64,000 nucleotides of DNA from Cyanobacteriota bacterium (GTDB lineage: Bacteria; Cyanobacteriota; Cyanobacteriia; PCC-6307; Cyanobiaceae). This document shows, piece by piece, positions 1-9,729 of this stretch (the stretch's first letter is position 1; every line of letters starts with the position of its first letter). The stretch is taken from NCBI GenBank assembly GCA_046052125.1, contig JBJOMY010000007.1, positions 1 through 64,000 on the forward strand, read 5' to 3'. A program made the translations under genes and the position numbers. The notes beneath the pieces were generated by a model, which did no database searches, had not been told where the DNA came from, and was given only the letters and a program-made list of their open reading frames with translations.

Positions 1-116
1 TCCCGGCTCTTTCGGTTCGTGGCGGCTTCTCAACCGCTGTTTGAACCTACAACACCGATCTCTCGGAGGTCTTCGGCTCCTGCTCAGCTCGCCTCGCGGC
101 TCCCGAGCAGTCCAAA

Positions 117-147
117 ACCATAACACCACTCCCGGCAACAGTGTCAA
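117..147 (-). promoter_or_regulatory. Sigma70-type promoter firing leftwards out of the window, probably the rRNA operon promoter
   Basis: TTGACA (147-142) and TG-T-TATGGT (-10 hexamer 122-117; 19-nt spacer, longer than optimal), followed by a non-coding, hairpin-rich leader (1-115). The rRNA assignment is inference from recalled picocyanobacterial synteny (rrn next to invertase-petD). Confidence 0.45.
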
Positions 148-222
148 CCCCTACAGAAGAGCTGACGAAACCAGGCGCCATATCTAGGGTTCGGGCACGT
201 CAGACCCGAGGCTGGGCGAGGG

Positions 223-1674
223 ATGGCCAAGCAATTCAGCCAGGAGAGGCTGCGCGTTCGGCCCAGCTCCCAGGAAGAAGCGGTGGTGAGCGCCGCCAAT
301 GCTCACTTTGAGCGGACCCTGATCCGCATGCGCGGCGAACTGGTGGGTTCGATTGCCGCACTCAGCCATCCAGGCGGCGAAGACGCAGCCCTGAACTACG
401 ACGAGGTGTTCCTGCGGGACAACGTGCCCGTGATGTTGCTGCTGCTGGTGCAGGGACGCTTCGCCATCGTGCGCAACTTCCTGGAAACCTGCCTGGAGCT
501 ACAAAGCAGCGCCTACCAGACGCGGGGCGTATTTCCCACCAGCTTTGTGGAGCAGAACGGTGTGCTGGTGGCCGACTACGGCCAGCGCTCCATCGGGCGA
601 ATCACCTCGGTGGATGCCAGCCTCTGGTGGCCAGTGCTCTGCTGGCTCTACGTGCGCCGCAGCCGCGACTGGGACTTCGCCTGCAGCCAGCGGGTGCAAC
701 GCGGTGTGCAGCTCCTCCTTGATCTGGTGCTGCACCCCACCTTTGAAGGCACCCCAGTGCTGTTCGTTCCCGATTGCGCCTTCATGATCGATCGCCCCAT
801 GGACGTGTGGGGTGCACCGCTGGAAATCGAAGTGCTGCTCTACGGCTGTTTGGGCAGCTGTTGCCAGCTGATGGATCTGGCCCAACAAAGCCATAACAGC
901 CGCCTACTGGAACAACGGCTGGTGCTCACCCGCGAGTGGAAACACGAGCTGCGGCGCTACCTGCTCAAGCACTACTGGGTCACCAGCAAAACGATGCAGG
1001 TGCTGCGGCGGAGGCCCACCGAGCAATACGGGGAAACGCAGGCCCTCAACGAATTCAATGTGCAGCCCCAGGTGATTCCGCCCTGGCTGCAGGACTGGCT
1101 GGAGGATCGCGGCGGCTACCTGATCGGCAACATGCGCACCGGCAGGCCCGATTTCCGCTTCTACAGCCTCGGGAATTGCCTGGCCTGCCTGTTTGAGCTG
1201 ATCACCGCCCCTCAACAACGGGCCCTGTTTCGCTTGGTGCTACACAACCGCGAGCACCTCATGGCCCAGATGCCGATGCGCATCTGTCACCCACCCCTGG
1301 AAGGCCAGCAATGGAGTGAGAAAACGGGCTCCGATCCCAAAAACTGGCCCTGGAGTTACCACAACGGCGGCCATTGGCCGAGCCTGCTCTGGTATCTGGG
1401 CGGAGCGCTGCTGTTGCACGAACAGCGCTATCCCCAGGCCGATGTGCTGCTGATGGGCCAGATGCGGGCCATGCTCGAGGAGTGCTACTGGATGCAGCTG
1501 AACCAACTACCGCGCCAGCAGTGGGCGGAGTATTTCGATGGACCCACCGGCACCTGGGTGGGACAACAGGCCCGCACCTATCAAACCTGGACCATCGTGG
1601 GCTTTCTGCTGCTGCACCACTTGCTGCGGGTGACCCCTGCCGACGTGAGCGTGCTCGACATCAACCGCTCCTGA
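223..1674 (+). CDS. Alkaline/neutral invertase (GH100)
   Basis: LNYDEVFLRD, VDASLWW, CAFMIDRPMD, PWSYHNGGHWP, WAEYFDG and YQTWTI motifs. Confidence 0.93.
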   Translation: MAKQFSQERLRVRPSSQEEAVVSAANAHFERTLIRMRGELVGSIAALSHPGGEDAALNYDEVFLRDNVPVMLLLLVQGRFAIVRNFLETCLELQSSAYQTRGVFPTSFVEQNGVLVADYGQRSIGRITSVDASLWWPVLCWLYVRRSRDWDFACSQRVQRGVQLLLDLVLHPTFEGTPVLFVPDCAFMIDRPMDVWGAPLEIEVLLYGCLGSCCQLMDLAQQSHNSRLLEQRLVLTREWKHELRRYLLKHYWVTSKTMQVLRRRPTEQYGETQALNEFNVQPQVIPPWLQDWLEDRGGYLIGNMRTGRPDFRFYSLGNCLACLFELITAPQQRALFRLVLHNREHLMAQMPMRICHPPLEGQQWSEKTGSDPKNWPWSYHNGGHWPSLLWYLGGALLLHEQRYPQADVLLMGQMRAMLEECYWMQLNQLPRQQWAEYFDGPTGTWVGQQARTYQTWTIVGFLLLHHLLRVTPADVSVLDINRS

Positions 1675-1695
1675 GCAACCAGAGCAAACAGGCAC

Positions 1696-1721
1696 AAAAA
1701 AACCCAGCCTTGCGACTGGGT
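1696..1721 (-). terminator. Intrinsic terminator downstream of petD
   Basis: ACCCAG/CTGGGT stem with an A7 tract on the + strand (U tract on the - strand), between convergent genes. Confidence 0.7.
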
Positions 1722-1746
1722 GAAAGAAAGACATCCGTACTTCGGA

Positions 1747-2229
1747 TCAGAACAGGCCCAGGGTCAGGGACTTGTCGATGGGCAGAGCGGCGCCAATACC
1801 GAGGTAGATCGCAAAGGCGGTGCCGAACAGGAACACCGACATCGCCACAGGACGGCGGAAGGGGTTCTGGAACTTGTTGAAGCTCTCGATGAAGGGAACC
1901 AGCATCAGACCCAGAGGGATCATGGTCTGCAGGGCGATACCCAGAAGCTTGTTGGGAACCACCCGCAAGATCTGGAATACCGGGTAGAGGTACCACTCGG
2001 GGAGAATCTCCAGCGGAGTGGCGAAGGGGTCAGCCTTGTCGCCCAGCATGGCGGGGTCGAGCACAGCAAGACCAACCAGGCAAGCGATCGTCCCCAGGAT
2101 CACCACCGGGAAGATGTAGAGCAGGTCGTTGGGCCAGGCAGGCTCGCCGTAATAGTTGTGGCCCATGCCCTTGGCCAGCTTGGCCCGCAGCTTGGGATCG
2201 CTGAGATCTGGCTTCTTGAGAACGTGCAT
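1747..2229 (-). CDS. petD: Cytochrome b6f subunit IV
   Basis: [29 protein letters not shown]; 160 aa. Confidence 0.99.
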   Translation of the reverse strand: MHVLKKPDLSDPKLRAKLAKGMGHNYYGEPAWPNDLLYIFPVVILGTIACLVGLAVLDPAMLGDKADPFATPLEILPEWYLYPVFQILRVVPNKLLGIALQTMIPLGLMLVPFIESFNKFQNPFRRPVAMSVFLFGTAFAIYLGIGAALPIDKSLTLGLF

Positions 2230-2361
2230 GAGGGTGACCGGGGAGTTGGTCGATGGTTGTCCCAGTGAAGAAAGGCTAGGAACCGCCCTGGGGTTAGCGG
2301 ATCAGCGAAGTAGGGGGATCGGCGGGATCGCAACAATGCGAAACCACCGATCGACAGGGAT

Positions 2362-3042
2362 TCAGAGGGGACCGGAGATGCCTTGCTTCCGGATCATCAG
2401 GAAGTGGATCAGCATGAACACGGCCAGCAGCCAGGGCATCACAAAGGTGTGCAGGCTGTAGAAGCGAGTGAGGGTCGACTGACCAACGCTCTCGCCGCCG
2501 CGGAGGAGTTCCACCATGAAGTCGCCCACCACGGGTACAGCTGCAGGAACGCCGGACACGATCTTCACGGCCCAGTAGCCGAGCTGATCCCAGGGGAGGG
2601 AATAGCCGGTGACGCCGAAGGACACGGTGATCACGGCCATGGTGACGCCGGTGATCCAGGTGAGCTCACGGGGGCGCTTGAAACCACCGGTGAGATACAC
2701 GCGGAACACGTGCAGGATCAGCATCAGCACCATCATCGAGGCGCTCCAGCGGTGCACGGAGCGGATCAGCCAGCCGAAGCTGACATCGGTCATCAGGTAC
2801 TGAACCGAGGCGTAGGCCTCAGCCACGGTCGGCTTGTAATAGAAGGTCATCGCGAAACCAGTCGCGAACTGAACCAGGAAGCAGACCAGGGTGATGCCAC
2901 CCAGGCAATAGAAGATGTTGACGTGGGGCGGCACGTACTTGGACGCGACGTCGTCGACGATTTCCTGGATGTCCAGGCGCTCGTTGAACCAGTCGTAGAC
3001 GGGCGAGGACTTTCCGCCAGAGGCGGGGGAGGAATTCGCCAT
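2362..3042 (-). CDS. petB: Cytochrome b6
   Basis: [34 protein letters not shown]-terminal [10 protein letters not shown]. Confidence 0.99.
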   Translation of the reverse strand: MANSSPASGGKSSPVYDWFNERLDIQEIVDDVASKYVPPHVNIFYCLGGITLVCFLVQFATGFAMTFYYKPTVAEAYASVQYLMTDVSFGWLIRSVHRWSASMMVLMLILHVFRVYLTGGFKRPRELTWITGVTMAVITVSFGVTGYSLPWDQLGYWAVKIVSGVPAAVPVVGDFMVELLRGGESVGQSTLTRFYSLHTFVMPWLLAVFMLIHFLMIRKQGISGPL

Positions 3043-3092
3043 GCAGCGAGAGGGTTTGGTTGGCAGAGTCTACCGATCGCCTCCGACTGCCC

Positions 3093-4349
3093 GTGAGCGC
3101 TGCACAGCCTTTGACAGTTGGAGCACGACTGGTTCGCCAGCTCACGGCCCTAGGGCTGAGCGCCCTGCTGCTGGTGATGGGCAGCCCGCCTGCGCCAGCC
3201 CTCGCCCTCAACGACGGGCAGCAGCTGGTGGTGGAGAGCTGGCGGCTCGTGAACCAGAGCTATGTGGATCCCGAGCGCTTCGACACCATTCATTGGAAGC
3301 GGCTGCGCCAGAAAGCGCTGGAGCGCCCCATCCAAACCAGTGCCGATGCCTACGACGCCATCGAGTGGATGTTGGCCCCCATTGGCGACCCCTACACGCG
3401 GCTGCTACGGCCAGCTGATTTCACGGCCCTCAAAGCCAGCACCCAGGGAAGCGTGAGTGGGGTGGGGCTGCAGCTGGGCATCCGCCAGGACGACACCGCT
3501 GTGGTGGTGATCGCTCCACTGGAAGGCTCCCCCGCCGCCGAAGCAGGCATCAGCAGTGGTGCTGAGGTGCTGCGTGTGGATGGAGTGCCCACAGCCGAGC
3601 TGGGCCTGGAGAGCACCGCCGCCAGGCTGCGCGGCCCGATCGGCACCTCTGTATTGCTGGAGATCCGCCCACAGGAGGGCCGAGCGCGGGAAGTGGAATT
3701 GCGCAGGCGACAGGTGGATCTGCTGCCGGTGCGCAGCCGCCTGATCGAACGCGATGGCCACAAGCTCGGCTACCTGCGGATCACCCAGTTCGCCGAGACC
3801 GTGCCCCAGGACGTGGCCAAAGCGCTGCAAACCCTTGAGCAACAGGGCATGGAGGGCCTACTCCTCGATCTACGCAATAACTCCGGCGGCTTGGTGAGCG
3901 CCGGCGTGGCGGTGGCCGATGCCTTCCTGGATGCGGCACCGATCGTGGAGACGCGCAACCGCGAAGGCTTCAGTGATCCGCAGCAGGCCAATCGCGGGCA
4001 GCTATACAGCGGCCCCATGCTCACGCTGGTGAACAGCGGCACCGCCAGCGCCAGCGAGATCCTGGCCGGAGCTCTGCAGGACGACGGGCGCTCTGCGCTG
4101 CTGGGGAGTCGCACCTTTGGCAAAGGCCTGATCCAAACCTTGATTGGCCTGGGGGGCGACGGCAGCGGCCTGGCGGTGACCGTGGCCCGCTACGTAACCC
4201 CGAGCGGCCGGGACATTCAGAACCTCGGCATCGAGCCGGACCAGCTGCTGCCCGCGCCTGAACCGCTGGACCCCGGTGGCGCCGGCGATGGCTGGCTGGA
4301 CGCCGCTCTGGGCAGCCTTGAGCGACAGCTCAGCGGACCGCAGGCATGA
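3093..4349 (+). CDS. ctpA: Carboxyl-terminal processing protease (S41A, D1-processing CtpA)
   Basis: DPYTRLL, PDZ domain, LDLRNNSGG, TASASEI, TFGKGLIQ; start uncertain (3060/3093/3111). Confidence 0.9.
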   Translation: MSAAQPLTVGARLVRQLTALGLSALLLVMGSPPAPALALNDGQQLVVESWRLVNQSYVDPERFDTIHWKRLRQKALERPIQTSADAYDAIEWMLAPIGDPYTRLLRPADFTALKASTQGSVSGVGLQLGIRQDDTAVVVIAPLEGSPAAEAGISSGAEVLRVDGVPTAELGLESTAARLRGPIGTSVLLEIRPQEGRAREVELRRRQVDLLPVRSRLIERDGHKLGYLRITQFAETVPQDVAKALQTLEQQGMEGLLLDLRNNSGGLVSAGVAVADAFLDAAPIVETRNREGFSDPQQANRGQLYSGPMLTLVNSGTASASEILAGALQDDGRSALLGSRTFGKGLIQTLIGLGGDGSGLAVTVARYVTPSGRDIQNLGIEPDQLLPAPEPLDPGGAGDGWLDAALGSLERQLSGPQA

Positions 4350-5608
4350 GCTCACGCACATATCACGACCCCCTGCATGGGGCGATCCGCCTGGATCGGA
4401 ATCAGCCGGCCGAGGCCCTGGCGATCCAGCTGATCGATACGCCTCCCTTCCAGCGTTTGCGGAGGATCCGCCAGCTGGGACCGGCCTATCTCACCTTTCA
4501 TGGCGCCGAATCCAGCCGCTTCACCCACTCGCTGGGGGTGCTGCAGCTCGCCAGGCGCGCCCTGGCTGAGCTGTGCCGGCGCGAACCGAGGCTCGAACAG
4601 GAGGCGGGTGTGCTCTACGCCGCAGCCCTGCTGCACGATGTGGGGCACGGCCCCCTCAGCCACTCCGGCGAGGAAATGTATGGCCTGCACCATGAACAGT
4701 GGTCGGCCCGGCTGATCCGCGAACACCCCAGCCTGCGCGACCCCCTGGAGGCGATGGCCCCCGGCAGTGCCGAGCGGGTGGCGGATCTGCTCGAGCACGG
4801 GCGCTACCGCAATGGAGCGATCAAGGCCCTGGTGAGCAGCCAGCTGGATTGCGACCGGCTCGACTACCTGCTGCGCGATAGCTACAGCACCGGCACCAGC
4901 TACGGGCAGCTCGACCTGGAGCGGATCCTGGCCAGCCTCACCCTGGCCCCCGATGGGCAGCTCGCGCTCCATCCCAAGGGCCTGATGGCGGTGGAGCACT
5001 ACCTGGTGGTGCGCAACCTGATGTATCGCAGCGTCTACAACCACCGCCTCAACGTGGTGTGCAACTGGCTGCTCACCAGGAGCATCGCCGTGGCACGGCA
5101 GCTCGGCCCGGAGCAGGTGTGGGCTGACGCCGTGATGCAGCGCTGGCTCTGGCATCCCGATGCCCTCAGCCTCGACGACTTCCTCGGCAACGACGACCAC
5201 CGCACCGGCTATCACCTGCAGCGCTGGCGTGAAGAGGGGCCGGCCGATCTCCAGGAGCTCTGCACCCGGCTCCTCGATCGGCGCCTGCTGCGGGCCAGCA
5301 ATGTGAGCCAGCTCAGCAACGGCCGCCGGCTGGAGCTGCTAGCGCTGGCGCGGCGCCTAAGCGAACAGGCAGGATTAAAGCCTGATCTCTGCTGCGGCTT
5401 ACAGAGCCAGCAGAACCGCGGCTATCACCCCTATCGCGGCGGACTGCGCCTGTGGGATGGCCAACAGCTCACCGCCCTGGAGCAGCGTTCAGCTCTGGTG
5501 CAGAGCCTCAGCGCCGCCACTGAAAGCGCCTGGCTGATTCATCCGCCAGAGATCACCGTTCCGCTGCGGCAAGAGCTGGCGATGGAGATCAGCGCGGAAG
5601 CTCCTTAA
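4346..5608 (+). CDS. HD-domain phosphohydrolase (dNTPase-like family)
   Basis: DPLHG, FQRLRRIRQLG, RFTHSLG, LLHDVGHGPLSH, LDCDRLDYL. Confidence 0.9.
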   Translation: MSSRTYHDPLHGAIRLDRNQPAEALAIQLIDTPPFQRLRRIRQLGPAYLTFHGAESSRFTHSLGVLQLARRALAELCRREPRLEQEAGVLYAAALLHDVGHGPLSHSGEEMYGLHHEQWSARLIREHPSLRDPLEAMAPGSAERVADLLEHGRYRNGAIKALVSSQLDCDRLDYLLRDSYSTGTSYGQLDLERILASLTLAPDGQLALHPKGLMAVEHYLVVRNLMYRSVYNHRLNVVCNWLLTRSIAVARQLGPEQVWADAVMQRWLWHPDALSLDDFLGNDDHRTGYHLQRWREEGPADLQELCTRLLDRRLLRASNVSQLSNGRRLELLALARRLSEQAGLKPDLCCGLQSQQNRGYHPYRGGLRLWDGQQLTALEQRSALVQSLSAATESAWLIHPPEITVPLRQELAMEISAEAP

Positions 5609-5618
5609 GTTGCCTGCC

Positions 5619-6287
5619 ATGCACTCCAGCCCCCGCCACCTGCGGCTCATGGCCGAGGCCCGCAGCAGCGCCTCGCCGCTTGAAGAAGTCACCGCCTGGC
5701 TGAACAGCCACCAGGACAAGGGCCCGGTGTGGCTGTTCTGCGGGGATCGGATCCTCAACCTGCCGGAGCTCCGCAGGATTGAAGCGAAGCTGGCTGGTGC
5801 GGGGGCTCGGCTCGAACGGGTGGTGGCGCAAAAACCGCTCGGATTGGTGGCCGCTGCAAACCTCGGCCTAGAAACAGTTCTCGAGCACAGCAGCGCGGCA
5901 ACTCCGAACCCAGCGCCTCCCTCAACAGCGCTCACCGTTCATCGCGGCACGCTGCGCTCCGGCGATCACCTCGACGTGGAAGGTTCGCTGCTGATCCTGG
6001 GTGATGTGAATCCCGGAGCACGGGTGAGCGCCGGGGGCGATGTGCGTGTGTGGGGCCGGCTGCGGGGTGTGGCCCATGCCGGGGTGGGAGGCAATCGCGA
6101 GGCGCGGATCGTGGCGCTGCAACTGCGCCCCGTGCAGTTGCGGATCGCCGATGCGGTGGCGCGCGGGCCTGAAGACCTGCCGCCGCCTGGCTTCTGCGAG
6201 CAGGCTGTGCTGTCGCAGGGGGCGATCAGCATCGAACCGGCGGCGCCCCAATGGCCGGATGAACGCGGCGGCGCCCTCAGCGGTTAA
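5619..6287 (+). CDS. minC: Septum site-determining protein MinC
   Basis: HRGTLRSG, LGDVNPGA, VWGRLRGVAHAG, QLRIAD beta-helix motifs. Confidence 0.93.
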   Translation: MHSSPRHLRLMAEARSSASPLEEVTAWLNSHQDKGPVWLFCGDRILNLPELRRIEAKLAGAGARLERVVAQKPLGLVAAANLGLETVLEHSSAATPNPAPPSTALTVHRGTLRSGDHLDVEGSLLILGDVNPGARVSAGGDVRVWGRLRGVAHAGVGGNREARIVALQLRPVQLRIADAVARGPEDLPPPGFCEQAVLSQGAISIEPAAPQWPDERGGALSG

Positions 6288-6894
6288 CGAGACCGAACGC
6301 CCCCATCAATCCAGCCACCGCCATGAACCAGAGCGGTGAAATCTTGGTGCGCAGCATCAGCACACACACCACCAGCGACACCGCATAAGCAGGGGTGTCG
6401 TGATCCGAAATCCGCAGGATTTTCAGACCCACAGCAAACAGGATGCCCAGGGTGATTGGCCCCAGCCCCCGCTCGAAAGCCACGCGCCAGGGGCTGTGGT
6501 TGAGACGGTTCCAGCTGAGGGCTGCCGCCACCATCACCAGCGTGGAGGGCAAAAGGATCGCGAGTTCTGCCACCACCCCGCTCAGCACACCCCAAAGAGG
6601 GCCTTCCTTCACGGCGGCCGCCATGCCGAGCAGGCCCACGATCATCGAGCTCGGCCCCGGTGCCGCCTCGGCGATGGCATAGATGTCGGCGAACTGGCGG
6701 GAGCTCAGCCAGCAGTATTGATCCACCGCCATGTGGTGGTACTCGTTGAGGAGGGTGTTCCCGCCCCCAAGCGAAAACAACGACAGGCTGAGGAAATCCC
6801 AGATCACGCCCAGCAGGCTGCGCCAATCGCTGAGCCGCACCGCCTGGCACAGCGCTTCACTGGTGGTGGTGATGGCTAAGGCAGCGGGGCTCAT
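6277..6894 (-). CDS. Short-chain chromate ion transporter (CHR family), second subunit
   Basis: FSLGGG and AIAEAAPGP CHR signatures; about 200 aa, hydrophobic; ATGA overlap with the upstream CHR gene. Confidence 0.88.
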   Translation of the reverse strand: MSPAALAITTTSEALCQAVRLSDWRSLLGVIWDFLSLSLFSLGGGNTLLNEYHHMAVDQYCWLSSRQFADIYAIAEAAPGPSSMIVGLLGMAAAVKEGPLWGVLSGVVAELAILLPSTLVMVAAALSWNRLNHSPWRVAFERGLGPITLGILFAVGLKILRISDHDTPAYAVSLVVCVLMLRTKISPLWFMAVAGLMGAFGLVNR

Positions 6895-7445
6895 GGCTTG
6901 CCGCCCCTGGGCCAGTACCAGGCCATCGCCAGCGGACCGGCCACCAGCACCAGCGGCACCAGGCGCACATGGAACACGCTCATGGCCATGAAGCTCGCCC
7001 CGGCCAGCAGCATCGCCGCTGGATCGCGGCTGTAGGCGCCGGCGATCTTGAACCCCATCGAGAGAGCCATCCCGGCTGAGGCGGTGATCACACCAGCCAA
7101 CACGCGATCCACCGCCAGGGTCTCGTGCAGGTAGTAGTAGCCGAGGCCCAGCAGCATCAACAGGCTGAACGGCAGCAGCAGGATTCCGCTCAGGGCCGCG
7201 ATGGCACCGGTTAAGCCGCGAAAGCGACTACCGATGTACACCGCCATGTTGATCTGATTGGGCCCAGGGAAGAGCCGAGCCACCGTGAGCCCGGTGATGA
7301 ACTCTTCTTTGTTCATCCACTGGCGCTCCTCCACCACGATGCGCTCACTCCAGGCCGATAAGCCACCCCCGAAGGAGGAGAGCGCCACCTGCTGCATGCC
7401 CAGAAACAGCTGAAGGTGAGTGGGTTGAGCCGCTGGTTCCGGCAT
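6891..7445 (-). CDS. Short-chain chromate ion transporter (CHR family), first subunit
   Basis: SSFGGG, EEFITGLTVARLFPGP, YIGSRFRG; start set at ATG 7445, which overlaps the PLD stop (TGATG). Confidence 0.88.
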   Translation of the reverse strand: MPEPAAQPTHLQLFLGMQQVALSSFGGGLSAWSERIVVEERQWMNKEEFITGLTVARLFPGPNQINMAVYIGSRFRGLTGAIAALSGILLLPFSLLMLLGLGYYYLHETLAVDRVLAGVITASAGMALSMGFKIAGAYSRDPAAMLLAGASFMAMSVFHVRLVPLVLVAGPLAMAWYWPRGGKP

Positions 7446-8440
7446 CAGTTGTGCACGAAGTGGGGATCCGGAGGCAGTTCTCCGTTCTCGTGGTAGCGGG
7501 GATCGAGGGGATCGGGAGCGCTGTATTTCTTCGAGGACTGCCAATCGGCCTCAAAGATGGCCTCCAAGCGCTGGATCACGGTGGGGCAATCGATCTCAAT
7601 GCCCAGCTCGCGGCGCACATCGAAGGCGCTGCGGTCGATATTCATCGAGCCAGTCATGGCCGCCTTGCCATCCACAAGGATCAACTTGGCGTGCAACTTG
7701 AGGTGCTTCTGGCGGCGGATCTTCACGTCAAAGAGCTCCATCACCCGCAGGGAGCTGAAGGTGTCATACACGTCCCAATCGCTGAGGCCGTGCTTGCCGC
7801 CGCAAAGAACTCGCACCTTCACGCCTCGTTCCCGGGCCGCCACGATCCGCTCGAGGATCACGGCATCCACAAACTTGGGGTGCTGGATCCAGAGGGTTTT
7901 GCGGGCCACATCGATCACCCGGGCCATCTGCCCGCGGCTGTGGGCGTTGCTCCACACCAGCCCCACATCCAGGCGCGGCTCAAAAAAGCTGCGGTGCCAA
8001 TCAGCCTCAAAGCCCGCCCGCACCTGCTCGATCACCACGGGGTCGTGGGTGATCACGCCGTAGTCGCGGGTTTCGGTGAAGTACTTCTCAGAGAGGTTGA
8101 ACGTGGCGATCAGGGCTGCATGCCCATCGATCACCATCGATTTCTCGTGGGTGACCGGAAAGCATTCGCTGGTCCACACCACCTCGATGCCGCGGCTCTG
8201 GAGCAGGGCGAAGGCCTCATCGTTCCAGCGATCGCCGCCGGAGGTGTGGGGGTTGAGCATCACCCGCACGCGCACGCCCCGCTCTCGGGCTCGGAACAAC
8301 GCCTGCTCGATCTGCTCGCTCTGCAGCTTGAACTGCTTCAGCAGCAATTCCTCCCGGGACTGATCGATCAGCTCCACTACCGAAGCGCCGCCGTCATCGG
8401 GCATGACAAGCAGGCGCTGGCTGCTGCTGATGCCGCTCAT
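7445..8440 (-). CDS. Phospholipase D superfamily protein with two HKD motifs (cardiolipin synthase-like, no TM anchor seen)
   Basis: HEKSMVID and HAKLILVD (HxKx4D), GSMN after the second motif, duplicated ARERGV(R/K)VRV segments. Confidence 0.88.
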   Translation of the reverse strand: MSGISSSQRLLVMPDDGGASVVELIDQSREELLLKQFKLQSEQIEQALFRARERGVRVRVMLNPHTSGGDRWNDEAFALLQSRGIEVVWTSECFPVTHEKSMVIDGHAALIATFNLSEKYFTETRDYGVITHDPVVIEQVRAGFEADWHRSFFEPRLDVGLVWSNAHSRGQMARVIDVARKTLWIQHPKFVDAVILERIVAARERGVKVRVLCGGKHGLSDWDVYDTFSSLRVMELFDVKIRRQKHLKLHAKLILVDGKAAMTGSMNIDRSAFDVRRELGIEIDCPTVIQRLEAIFEADWQSSKKYSAPDPLDPRYHENGELPPDPHFVHN

Positions 8441-8560
8441 GAACACGCGAAACACGGGGTTGCGGCCGTTCTAAAGGGTCACCCGCGTGATGCCCAGTGA
8501 GGCGAACACAGGGCCAAGCCGGGAAATGGCCTTAACGTGCCTCGATTCCAGACCGTGCCC

Positions 8561-9379
8561 GTGACCACATCGGGAAGCCGTTCCATCCTGATCTGCTCAG
8601 GGAAAGGAGGCGTGGGAAAGACCACGCTCACCGCCAACCTGGGCATCGCCTTGGCCCGCCAGGGCGTGCGCACCGCCGTGCTCGACGCTGATTTCGGCCT
8701 GCGCAACCTCGATCTGCTGCTCGGGCTGGAAAACCGGATCGTGTACACCGCCCAGGAGGTGCTCTCGGGCAACTGCCGCCTGGATCAGGCCCTGGTGAAG
8801 CACAAGCAGGAGCCCAACCTGGCGCTGCTGCCGGCTGGCAATCCGCGCATGCTCGAGTGGCTCAAGCCCGAAGACATGCAAACGATCGTGGGCATGCTGC
8901 GCGAGAGCTTCGACGTGGTGCTGATCGACTGCCCTGCCGGCATCGAAGACGGCTTCAAGAACGCAGCTGGCGCCGCTGAAGAGGCGATCGTGATCACCAC
9001 CCCGGAAGTGTCCGCAGTGCGGGACGCTGACCGGGTGATCGGCCTGCTCAACACCCGTGGCATCAAGCCGATCCAGCTGGTGCTCAATCGGGTGCGGCCA
9101 AAAATGATGGCCAACCAGGAGATGCTGGCCGTCGACGATGTGACCGACATCCTGGCGCTGCCGCTGCTGGGGCTCGTTCTGGAGGACGAGCAGGTGATCG
9201 TGAGCACCAACCGCGGAGAGCCGCTCACCCTCAACGGCAGCAGCTCTCCGGCCGCTCAGGCTTACAACAACATCGCCCGGCGCGTCTGCGGTGAAGACGT
9301 GCCCTTAATCGATCCCGCCAAGGTGCGGCGCGGATTGCGGGCCAAGATCGGCCGCCTGATGCACACCAAGATCTTCTGA
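8561..9379 (+). CDS. minD: Septum site-determining ATPase MinD
   Basis: [45 protein letters not shown]. Confidence 0.98.
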   Translation: MTTSGSRSILICSGKGGVGKTTLTANLGIALARQGVRTAVLDADFGLRNLDLLLGLENRIVYTAQEVLSGNCRLDQALVKHKQEPNLALLPAGNPRMLEWLKPEDMQTIVGMLRESFDVVLIDCPAGIEDGFKNAAGAAEEAIVITTPEVSAVRDADRVIGLLNTRGIKPIQLVLNRVRPKMMANQEMLAVDDVTDILALPLLGLVLEDEQVIVSTNRGEPLTLNGSSSPAAQAYNNIARRVCGEDVPLIDPAKVRRGLRAKIGRLMHTKIF

Positions 9380-9383
9380 GCCG

Positions 9384-9695
9384 ATGACCCTGCGCGATTT
9401 CGTTAACAAGCTGCTCGGTCGTCAACCCGCCAGCGCCACCACCGCCAAGCAGCGGCTGCAGTTGGTGCTAGCCCACGACCGCAGCGACCTCAACCCAGAG
9501 CTGCTCGAGCAGATGCGACGCGAGATCCTCGAAGTGGTGAGCCGCTACGTGGAAATCGACATCGAAGAAGGCGATGTGAGCCTGGAAACCGAAGACCGCG
9601 TCACCGCCCTGGTGGCCAACCTGCCCATCCGCCGCACCAAGTCTCTGCCTGTGGCAGAGGAGGGCGATCCCGTGTGGAGCGCCACCCAAGCCTGA
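9384..9695 (+). CDS. minE: Cell division topological specificity factor MinE
   Basis: [27 protein letters not shown]; follows minD. Confidence 0.97.
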   Translation: MTLRDFVNKLLGRQPASATTAKQRLQLVLAHDRSDLNPELLEQMRREILEVVSRYVEIDIEEGDVSLETEDRVTALVANLPIRRTKSLPVAEEGDPVWSATQA

Positions 9696-9729
9696 GGGGA
9701 ATGCTCAGGGCATCCCTGCCCATTGCGTC

